In this document: positions 38,392 through 45,563 of the stretch, piece after piece
Position numbering within the stretch: the first letter of the stretch is position 1
Layout of the letters: every line of letters starts with the position of its first letter
Source: Salinivirgaceae bacterium
GTDB lineage: Bacteria; Bacteroidota; Bacteroidia; Bacteroidales; SZUA-534
NCBI GenBank assembly: GCA_017645945.1
Contig: JAGCNL010000034.1
Location: forward strand, 1,503-65,502
Reading direction: 5' to 3'
Length of the DNA stretch: 64,000 nt
Position numbers and translations under genes: made by a program
Notes under the pieces: model-generated
Databases searched by the model: none
What the model was told of the DNA's origin: nothing
What the model saw: only the letters and a program-made list of their open reading frames with translations

Positions 38392-39159
38392 TCATTCTTC
38401 AACAATTCCATATTCATCAAATGGCACAATATCGTTTTCCCAAAATTCTATTGGCGACAAGCCGATTGAATGAGTTTTATAGTATAGTGTGAGAGCTATT
38501 GGGCTAGGGGTAATATTGGCATCTAAATTCGCGTCAGTGCACATAAAACCTCCACTGCCAGAAATTGCATCTCCAACTACAAGCAACACAATTGAGCGCA
38601 TATGATCCAACTCGCTATCTAGCCTATAAATATCATCTGTTTCTGCTATTGTAACCAATTCATCAAAAGATATTATCAATGTCTGTGCGGAAAGCAGGTT
38701 ATTTTTGTATTGTATTTTCTTACAATTACGGCAGGCGTAATCTAAGATTCTTGCTTCAACACTACTCATGCGTTTCAGCAAATCCACAAAATTCATGTTG
38801 CTATCATCGCGACCATCTGTCGTGCATGAAGAAGCGAACAGTCCCGCCCATAAGTTTTGTAGTTCGTCATCTTCTATTTGAGAACACTCATCTATTATGG
38901 TGAGCCCAACACGAGCATTTGCTGTAAGTTGAAGAGTCTGCCCATCGAAACACATACGGCCTTTCGCCTTTTCCAGTGTGCGAATAATATTATTCAGGCG
39001 CCATTGTCGAACCTTGTCCTGGATAAGGTATCCTAATTCCTGTAGACAAGGTTTACATACTATCTCCAAAAATGAAGATACTCCTTCTATCGTTGCTTTT
39101 GTAACCTCAAGTCCTGTCTCGGCGACTGGCTTTAAACCTAAAACATCCTTTATCTCCAT
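38392..39159 (-). CDS. Abi-alpha (DUF4393) family protein
   Basis: The N-terminal block CLQELGYLIQDKVRQWRLNNIIRTLEKAK and the later LQNLWAGLFASS match my recollection of the Abi_alpha signature. Confidence 0.65.
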   Translation of the reverse strand: MEIKDVLGLKPVAETGLEVTKATIEGVSSFLEIVCKPCLQELGYLIQDKVRQWRLNNIIRTLEKAKGRMCFDGQTLQLTANARVGLTIIDECSQIEDDELQNLWAGLFASSCTTDGRDDSNMNFVDLLKRMSSVEARILDYACRNCKKIQYKNNLLSAQTLIISFDELVTIAETDDIYRLDSELDHMRSIVLLVVGDAISGSGGFMCTDANLDANITPSPIALTLYYKTHSIGLSPIEFWENDIVPFDEYGIVEE

Positions 39160-39236
39160 ATTTTATGTTCTAATCAGTTTCAAACGGCGAACCGTATTCA
39201 CTTGGTGTTGTATTGGTTTATTCATGTTTATCCAAT

Positions 39237-39608
39237 TTACATTTTTATTCCTTCTAATCTCACCAAAGCATCCTTTTTCCTTGTTTCTATATTGGAATAA
39301 CACATTTGTTTTACAAACATCTTCCAAATCTCACTTTCATGAATATGTTCAAGTCCGAAATCTGTCAAATCTTTATACAGTTTTTCAATCTTGTCCAAAG
39401 TGCTACGGCTAAAGATTCCATCAGACAATTCCTTTTCAATTGACTTGGAATCGTTGCCTTTTAGCATCAATTTAACTTTGTCAAATTCTCGTCTATCGTA
39501 ATCTGTGGCTTGCGGCAACATTATCAATTCGGTAGCCAAAGTGAGCATATAATTGATAAAGTTTACGAAACTATCGTGCAAGTTTGATATGTATTGCTGT
39601 TGAGTCAT
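39237..39608 (-). CDS. 123-aa all-helical hypothetical protein
   Basis: The first ATG is at 39608 (the track start 39653 is TTG). No motif recognised. It is the first gene of the 3-gene module. Confidence 0.4.
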   Translation of the reverse strand: MTQQQYISNLHDSFVNFINYMLTLATELIMLPQATDYDRREFDKVKLMLKGNDSKSIEKELSDGIFSRSTLDKIEKLYKDLTDFGLEHIHESEIWKMFVKQMCYSNIETRKKDALVRLEGIKM

Positions 39609-39682
39609 ATATAAGTTTTTGTGTTCGCTTATTCTGCAATTAAACTGGCACAAATCTCATCAGTTTATTTATGCCGTGCAAA

Positions 39683-39713
39683 GAAAAAGCTCTGCCAATT
39701 TTGTGCAGTAAAT
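39683..39713. repeat. 31-bp direct repeat, copy 1 (flanks the SatD/DUF3307 cassette)
   Basis: GAAAAAGCTCTGCCAATTTTGTGCAGTAAAT matches 41297-41327 at 30 of 31 positions. Confidence 0.9.
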
Positions 39714-39749
39714 AAAAACTAACTGTGCGTCGTATCGATTATACTGGCG

Positions 39750-40448
39750 CTATGCTATCATACAAACCAACAATCCAACCAGAACTGCAATTGCAATACT
39801 GAGCAATGTTCCCACCAGAAAATATTCGGTTTCACTCTTATTGCCAAATCGGATAATTGATTTAGCCGCTATCAGGAAACCTATAACCTCATACTTGCCT
39901 AAAATTATAAAAGCCAATATTAGCCATCGTTCTAATGTCCCTATCAGTTTTCCTGCATGAAAGGCATCCATTTTCTCATCAGGCAATTTCACATTGTTAT
40001 AAACCAAAATGTTTTTGACAAATATGTTTGCTGGTTTCCAACACAAAATAGCGGCAAGCGCTATGGCTTCCACTTTCAAAACTGACACTGTGAACCAACG
40101 GGGACTCGTCCAATCAAAGAATTTCACACTTGCGTATGTTACAATAATTAAAATGGCAATATGTAAAATTTGGTCTATGGCAAACGTCCAAATGTTGTCT
40201 TCCTTTGTAAGTGCCGCCTTCGCCAAATCTATCAACAAATGGCTTGCTCCTATTATCAGGGCAAAACACCAAAACTTAATATTCCAAAACGCAATAAGCG
40301 ATGTGCCAGCTACAATAAGCGCATGGACATACATAAACCAACTGGCGCATTTCTTCTCTTTCTTCTGGACACATAGAGTTTCCGTTTGCAATACAAAATC
40401 GGCAATAAAATGAACCAACAGCAGACTCACGAGCAAATTAATCAACAT
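39750..40448 (-). CDS. DUF3307-family polytopic membrane protein
   Basis: The N-terminus LLLVHFIADFVLQT is the DUF3307 hallmark. Further intramembrane His/Asp pairs (SHLLIDLAK, IDQILHIAIL). It overlaps satD by 11 nt. Confidence 0.7.
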   Translation of the reverse strand: MLINLLVSLLLVHFIADFVLQTETLCVQKKEKKCASWFMYVHALIVAGTSLIAFWNIKFWCFALIIGASHLLIDLAKAALTKEDNIWTFAIDQILHIAILIIVTYASVKFFDWTSPRWFTVSVLKVEAIALAAILCWKPANIFVKNILVYNNVKLPDEKMDAFHAGKLIGTLERWLILAFIILGKYEVIGFLIAAKSIIRFGNKSETEYFLVGTLLSIAIAVLVGLLVCMIA

Positions 40449-41112
40449 AATCTTCGAATTTTATTTTTTCTAAAACACCTATCGCATTTCTTATAAGTTG
40501 CCATCCTGCACTTTTTGCCCTCAAGTTAACCGCCGCCTGGCTTGCCGACAACTCTTTGGCTATTTCAACTTCTCTCCATCCCAACAATTTATAGTATATC
40601 ACAAGGCATTGACGTTCTGTGAAACTGTCAATCATATTGTCAATCAATCTCAAATTGGTGGTTATAAGCGATTCTATATCTGCGTTCTCAGAACTAATTC
40701 CAAACATTGACGAATATCCGTTGGTATAAATGTAGTCCAAATTTCGACCCGCTATATATATGGCTTCCCCGTCCAGGAAATCTTCTCTCTTGTTAACAAT
40801 TCGCATGGTTCCTATTCCTATTGAATATCGGATTCCGCATTCCTTCATAAAATGTGATGCGTCATGGCCAAACGCCCATTTTTTGAACCAACACTTCATC
40901 AATATTGCTATTCTGAAAGCATACCACGGTTCGTCTATGCAACTTTCAATTGTATCACCCCTTACAACCCTTCCCCAAAAATCGGAACTTATCAAGGCAA
41001 GGTCCGAAAACAAATCTGCATATATTGCCCTACGCAATTGCAATAATTCATTTTCCTGCAATGATGTGGAATCCACCACATCACATGATACTATAGCATA
41101 TAACCTTCTCAT
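40438..41112 (-). CDS. SatD-family protein (cyclase-like N-domain plus C-terminal sigma-70 region-4-like HTH)
   Basis: The N-terminus YAIVSCDVVDSTSL...RGDTIES resembles the SatD/nucleotide-cyclase fold. The C-terminus ERQCLVIYYKLLGWREVEIAKELSASQAAVNLRAKSA is HTH-like. Paired with DUF3307, as is usual for SatD. Confidence 0.7.
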   Translation of the reverse strand: MRRLYAIVSCDVVDSTSLQENELLQLRRAIYADLFSDLALISSDFWGRVVRGDTIESCIDEPWYAFRIAILMKCWFKKWAFGHDASHFMKECGIRYSIGIGTMRIVNKREDFLDGEAIYIAGRNLDYIYTNGYSSMFGISSENADIESLITTNLRLIDNMIDSFTERQCLVIYYKLLGWREVEIAKELSASQAAVNLRAKSAGWQLIRNAIGVLEKIKFEDYVD

Positions 41113-41131
41113 TACACAAATATATTAGGTT

Positions 41132-41200
41132 TTTCCCTAATAAACAATATTTATTAAGTTTTTCCCTAATATTTTATGATTATTAGACATTTCCCTAATA
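41132..41200. promoter_or_regulatory. three 11-bp iterons (TTTCCCTAATA) at exact 29-bp spacing upstream of satD
   Basis: Copies at 41132-41142, 41161-41171 and 41190-41200. The intervening sequence is not conserved. The array starts 20 bp upstream of the satD ATG. Confidence 0.55.
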
Positions 41201-41296
41201 ACCATCACCTGCTTATGTCAACTTCTGCATAATCTCAATTTACAATTTCAGCAAGAAAACCAACACAAGTTTTCATTTGTCAATATACGATTCCGC

Positions 41297-41327
41297 GAAA
41301 AAGCACTGCCAATTTTGTGCAGTAAAT
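41297..41327. repeat. 31-bp direct repeat, copy 2
   Basis: GAAAAAGCACTGCCAATTTTGTGCAGTAAAT, located 1614 bp from copy 1. Confidence 0.9.
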
Positions 41328-41380
41328 TTTGTTTGAAGTTGTGTGAGTTACGAGCAATCTTAAACTGTATTCTAAACGAA

Positions 41381-41683
41381 CTATTCCTCGTGCATATTCT
41401 GTGCATGACAAGCGTCAACTATGGTAACCGTGCTACCGTCGAAAGTATAGGCGAAATACCATTTGTCGGTGTTGGCCATGTAATAGCCGTTCCAACGGGT
41501 TATGGTTGGATTTCGGCGTAAAAGAGTTTGTTCAATTTGGTAAATGGAAAAGACTGCATCATGGACATTTCGTTTCAAATCGGCTTTATCATAAGTGTGG
41601 CGGTACTTCTTTGCCACATTCTGATAAAAAGAGAATTTTTTTTGTGCTGCGCGTGGCTTGATAATATAATTCAAATTAGCCAT
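41381..41683 (-). CDS. RelE/ParE-superfamily toxin-like protein
   Basis: About 100 aa. The C-terminus WYFAYTFDGSTVTIVDACHAQNM resembles the ParE terminal strand-helix. The ATG at 41683 overlaps the upstream stop by 8 nt (the track start is TTG). Confidence 0.45.
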   Translation of the reverse strand: MANLNYIIKPRAAQKKFSFYQNVAKKYRHTYDKADLKRNVHDAVFSIYQIEQTLLRRNPTITRWNGYYMANTDKWYFAYTFDGSTVTIVDACHAQNMHEE

Positions 41684-41891
41684 TGGCGTATATTGAATCA
41701 ATCTCCTCCGAAATCACACCATATAAACCATCTACCGTTATGTCACGTTGCAGCGCAGACATGCGGCTTTCGGATTTCACATGAGCATCCAACACATCTT
41801 GAGCCCAACGGCGTATGGCTTCCTTACTATCAAGGTCAGGGCGGGCAGCCTTGATTGCATTCTCATCTATTTCTAAAGTTAATGTACACAT
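41676..41891 (-). CDS. 71-aa putative antitoxin
   Basis: A small acidic protein directly upstream of and overlapping the toxin-like ORF. No family recognised. Confidence 0.35.
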   Translation of the reverse strand: MCTLTLEIDENAIKAARPDLDSKEAIRRWAQDVLDAHVKSESRMSALQRDITVDGLYGVISEEIDSIYANG

Positions 41892-41954
41892 GGTCTTATA
41901 TGTTTTTTACAAATGTAACCGAATTTAATAAATGTATAAGTTTGCATTAAATCC

Positions 41955-42953
41955 TTATAACAGGCTTGCGACACGTATAGAGAAAGCCTCATTAAAAGGA
42001 ATTTTCTCGTGATTGTTACAATACTCTTTCCATGCCTTCTCTTCATGACTTATGCGAGATAACTCACGAGACGATTTTTTACCAAGTAATGAACAAACCT
42101 TATCCATTACTTGAAGTTCAAAATCGGTAAACAGAGAAACATCGGCGTTTTGAGTTGCAATCAGAACGCTCCCTTCAAAATCGCCTGCCTGGCGGAACTC
42201 TTGATGTACTTCAGGAAACTCGCTGTACACCTTCTCCCATCGTTCCGGCACCGGCCCAAAATCTACAGCCCGATACGAAAGTCCCGTAATAGCCATTCCA
42301 CTGTCGCGATACGAGAGAAAATCGACATAAAACAACAGCTTGTTCATTTTGGTGCACCACACATCATCACATCTCTCTAATATGTACAGCATAACGTTCT
42401 TCAACCTATCCAACGATAGTTGTGCATAGCCATTCTCCTTGTTTCGCAATGTTGAGAAAATTCGTTTGATTTCGTATTGTTCCAATTTATAAGAGTCGCT
42501 GTCGGCAATAATGGATTTCACCTTGCTGCTGATTTTTTCGTAATCAGACTGCGACATCTCATTCTTCGAACTTTCAACCATCTCCAACATCACCTTGGGG
42601 TTGCTTATTGAGCGTATCATTCTACCGTTCGAGACACTGGGCACTTCGCCTTGTTCATATTTACGGTACTGATTAACACCTATGCCTAGTATCAACGACA
42701 TTTTTGCCGCACTGACATCATATTTGTTCCTTATCGATATTATTTCATCGGTATATGGAATGCCGTATTTATCTCTATATTGGTTGGTTACCTGTACAAA
42801 CCCCGCAGTATCGCTCAAATCATCGGTAAAACTCTCACCAGAATCACTGCAGAACCAAGATGAATGTTCATACTCATACTGTTCGCCACGAAAATTCCAG
42901 ATGCGTTTCTCGTATACGCGTTGCATTTCTTTACCTGTAAACGGGCTTTTCAT
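41955..42953 (-). CDS. MqsA-like (degenerate Zn ribbon plus XRE HTH) antitoxin fused to a Panacea/DUF4065 (SocA-like) domain
   Basis: The N-terminus aligns by eye with E. coli MqsA (FRG..., GIGVNQYRKYEQGEVPSVSNGRMIRSI versus GGGVNAFSRYEKGNAQPHPSTIKLLRVL), but the Cys ligands are lost. The C-terminal KLLFYVDFLSYRDSGMAITGLSYRAVDFGPVP is the DUF4065 signature. Confidence 0.65.
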   Translation of the reverse strand: MKSPFTGKEMQRVYEKRIWNFRGEQYEYEHSSWFCSDSGESFTDDLSDTAGFVQVTNQYRDKYGIPYTDEIISIRNKYDVSAAKMSLILGIGVNQYRKYEQGEVPSVSNGRMIRSISNPKVMLEMVESSKNEMSQSDYEKISSKVKSIIADSDSYKLEQYEIKRIFSTLRNKENGYAQLSLDRLKNVMLYILERCDDVWCTKMNKLLFYVDFLSYRDSGMAITGLSYRAVDFGPVPERWEKVYSEFPEVHQEFRQAGDFEGSVLIATQNADVSLFTDFELQVMDKVCSLLGKKSSRELSRISHEEKAWKEYCNNHEKIPFNEAFSIRVASLL

Positions 42954-42955
42954 AA

Positions 42956-43312
42956 CTACTCCTCCATTTTAAACGGATACAACAAAGGCTGTTCGGCTAT
43001 ATGAAAAGAGATACAAATTGTTTGACAACCAACTCCGCCTAACATAATCTTGATATATATTTCACGGCCTTTTACATCTTTTCCGAAAACCCACATTTCA
43101 CCAAGTTTGTTCAACTCGTCCACTACCGGGCCTTGCACGTAATCCTCAACCATAAGGTTTTCGATAACAACTCTTCTGTACGAAGGAACAATCTCCAATT
43201 CTTCAAGTGTTTTCTGGTTTTTCCCTCTATCATCGCGATAGATTATGCCAAAAACCTTCAACTTTTGATGAAACTGCACCAAGAATTTTTGTACTTCGTC
43301 TTTTGTTACCAT
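42956..43312 (-). CDS. MqsR-like toxin
   Basis: 118 aa, with the toxin-first gene order of mqsRA. The C-terminus EIYIKIMLGG...ICISFHIAE resembles MqsR QVYLKITVIHDVLIVSFKEK. Confidence 0.5.
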   Translation of the reverse strand: MVTKDEVQKFLVQFHQKLKVFGIIYRDDRGKNQKTLEELEIVPSYRRVVIENLMVEDYVQGPVVDELNKLGEMWVFGKDVKGREIYIKIMLGGVGCQTICISFHIAEQPLLYPFKMEE

Positions 43313-43373
43313 AATTCACTTTTGAGTTGCAAAAGTATTTGATTTAACGCAAAAATACAACTTTAAGGTTGAT

Positions 43374-43392
43374 TATAATTTGGCAAATTATA
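43374..43392. promoter_or_regulatory. 19-bp palindrome upstream of the mqsR-like gene (candidate operator)
   Basis: TATAATTTG-G-CAAATTATA, 62-80 bp upstream of the ATG at 43312. Confidence 0.35.
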
Positions 43393-43437
43393 AATGTTTG
43401 AATGTGGAATGTGAAATTGTGTGGTATTCGAAGACGG

Positions 43438-43788
43438 TCAATTTTCTTTAATGCCATTCAACAATTCTTGTATCTGAAATGTGAGCGAAGGAATGATATT
43501 CTTTGCAACATCCCAAACTATATGATAATTAACACCCATGTAATCATGCACCAATCTGTCGCGCATACCCGCCATCTGTTTCCATTCTATACTTCTCCAT
43601 TCATATTTAACATCGGCGAGTATTTTCTTTGTTGCCTCACCAATTATTGAAAGGCTTCTTGTCACAGCACGTTTCAATGTCTCATCAGCAAGGAATTGGT
43701 CAATGACCATTTCTTTGGTTATTACCGAGTTAATGTAATTGCACTCATCAAGAATGTGCTGAAGATATGGGATAAACGATTTACACAT
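43438..43788 (-). CDS. hepT: HepT-like HEPN (DUF86) toxin
   Basis: 116 aa with Rx4H in MRDRLVHDY. It overlaps the upstream nucleotidyltransferase gene by 8 nt. Confidence 0.8.
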   Translation of the reverse strand: MCKSFIPYLQHILDECNYINSVITKEMVIDQFLADETLKRAVTRSLSIIGEATKKILADVKYEWRSIEWKQMAGMRDRLVHDYMGVNYHIVWDVAKNIIPSLTFQIQELLNGIKEN

Positions 43789-44074
43789 ATTCCACTTCGT
43801 TTAATATGATTTTACCAATATAAGGGCTCATTCCGTTACGGGTAACAACATCGAGTTTGTGCCGTTTGAAATTTTGTTCAAGAATTTGACACGCATCAAT
43901 AAAATTCACATACGTTTCCTGCCCTTCTTTAAAATCGAGCAAAATATCGATGTCACTATGGGCGGTATTATCACCACGGACAGTTGACCCAAAAAGCCCC
44001 AATTGTGACACGCCAACATTGCTCAACTGCTCTTTTAGGCTATTCAGCCTATGCAATACAGAACTTTTCTTCAT
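43781..44074 (-). CDS. mntA: MntA-like minimal nucleotidyltransferase antitoxin
   Basis: 97 aa with the NTase motif LFGSTVRGDNTAHSDIDILLDF. Confidence 0.85.
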   Translation of the reverse strand: MKKSSVLHRLNSLKEQLSNVGVSQLGLFGSTVRGDNTAHSDIDILLDFKEGQETYVNFIDACQILEQNFKRHKLDVVTRNGMSPYIGKIILNEVEYV

Positions 44075-44118
44075 AGCTAATGTAACTCAAAATATTATTA
44101 CAGAAAACCTCTCCACAA

Positions 44119-44137
44119 ATGAATGAACATCATTCAT
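44119..44137. promoter_or_regulatory. inverted repeat upstream of mntA (candidate operator)
   Basis: ATGAATGA-ACA-TCATTCAT with perfect 8-bp arms, 45-63 bp upstream of the mntA ATG. Confidence 0.35.
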
Positions 44138-44273
44138 GTCGCTTTCTCCCACAGCTTCGCCACTGTCGGGTGCGGGTTTCGCACGACAATGACTTATCAA
44201 ACAAATGTAGAAAAAAAGCAGAATGGATTTAAAAGATTTATTGTTTTGCCGAAGGCCGTGCAACCTTACACTT

Positions 44274-44321
44274 ACAACTCAAAACTTTGAACTTAAAACT
44301 TATAACTCAAAACTTAACTCA
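44274..44321. repeat. 14-bp tandem repeat (about 3.4 copies) at the wecA stop / island boundary
   Basis: ACAACTCAAAACTT TGAACTTAAAACTT ATAACTCAAAACTT AACTCA, read directly. Confidence 0.8.
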
Positions 44322-45488
44322 TCGTTCCATCTTGCGGTCCATCAGGCGGCGCATCAGGTCCCAGAAGCCTTTGCGCTCAACATGCGATGCCTCGCCAACA
44401 CGCAGCAGCCAATTGTAAATGGCCGAATTGCGGCGCTGTTGGACTCTGACAAACTGATAGAACCCGAAGGTAACGAGTAGTGCCAGCAGCAGAACAATAT
44501 AGAGTTGAAGATTGATTGACGCGCCCAACTTGTACGACAGGAACCAGACAACCACCACCGCAAAGTCGGTGAGAATCAGGCAGACGGTGGTGCCCACATG
44601 CGAGAATCCCATCTCAATGAACAGATGGTGAAGGTGCAGTTTGTCGGGGCGGAAAGGCGGCAAGCCGTTGATTATGCGGGCAAGCATCACCCTTAACGTG
44701 TCGAACACAGGCACAGCCAGAACGGCCAGTGTGAACGGAATCAGACCCACACCTTTCAGCATCAGAGCGGTGCTGGCGGGGTTGGTTGTCAGAATCGTCA
44801 TCACAAACAGTGCCATGATGGTACCCATAAGCAGTGTGCCGCCGTCGCCGATGAACATTTTCGACTTGCGGCCGAACACATTATGCAGGAAGAAAGGAAT
44901 GAGTGCGCCAGCAGCACCCACGGCGATTATCATCATTGTTTGATTTCCAAGAGCATAGAACATGATGGCGAACACCGAGCAGGCCATTGCGCCAAAGCCC
45001 GACGAGTAGCCGTCGACACCGTCGATAAGGTTGATGGCGTTCATGATGCCCACCGAAGCAAACACCGTGAGCGGAACGCAAAAATAATCGGGAACGCTGC
45101 GAACGCCCCAGAGTCGGTAAAAATCACCTAACTTAATGTCGCCCAAATAGATGACATACAACACAACACCTATCTCGAAGATGAATCTCACTGCGGGTGA
45201 CAAGCCTTTGGCATCGTCGATGGTGCCGATAATCAGCATCACCGTCATGGCAATGACTGTGATTGTGAGCATTTTGGTGTCTAAAAAGAAAACGCCAAGG
45301 ATTGTAACAATCAGAATACCAACAAAAACGGTTATGCCGCCAAGCACGGGCACAGGCACGCGCTGCAGTTTGCGGGCGTCGGGGTTGTCAACAATGCCAT
45401 ACTTGATGGCGAAGTTCAACACCCAACCGTAGATGAACCACGTTGACACGAATGCTGTTACAAATGATATGGCTACCTTCCAAAACAT
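44319..45488 (-). CDS. wecA: undecaprenyl-phosphate HexNAc-1-phosphate transferase (WecA/MraY family)
   Basis: Polytopic protein with DNPDARKLQRVPVPVLGGI and NAINLIDGVDG motifs. Confidence 0.85.
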   Translation of the reverse strand: MFWKVAISFVTAFVSTWFIYGWVLNFAIKYGIVDNPDARKLQRVPVPVLGGITVFVGILIVTILGVFFLDTKMLTITVIAMTVMLIIGTIDDAKGLSPAVRFIFEIGVVLYVIYLGDIKLGDFYRLWGVRSVPDYFCVPLTVFASVGIMNAINLIDGVDGYSSGFGAMACSVFAIMFYALGNQTMMIIAVGAAGALIPFFLHNVFGRKSKMFIGDGGTLLMGTIMALFVMTILTTNPASTALMLKGVGLIPFTLAVLAVPVFDTLRVMLARIINGLPPFRPDKLHLHHLFIEMGFSHVGTTVCLILTDFAVVVVWFLSYKLGASINLQLYIVLLLALLVTFGFYQFVRVQQRRNSAIYNWLLRVGEASHVERKGFWDLMRRLMDRKMER

Positions 45489-45563
45489 TGCGCTACATCA
45501 GTTTTTTCCACTGCAAAAATATACTTTTTTGTTTTTGGTTGTCATCTTTCTACAAAAATCGTA

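Noticed and set aside
38978-39412. 144-aa plus-strand ORF spanning the Abi-alpha/123-aa gene junction, plus other plus-strand ORFs in the island (40009-40413, 40760-41128).
   Set aside because: They are antisense to better-supported minus-strand genes. They are F/I/L/S-rich, as expected from AT-rich shadow frames.
41132-41200. Possible mini-CRISPR (repeats at a regular 29-bp period with unique spacers).
   Set aside because: The repeats are only 11 bp, there are three copies, the spacers are 18 bp, and there are no cas genes. The position immediately upstream of an HTH-protein gene fits an operator array better.
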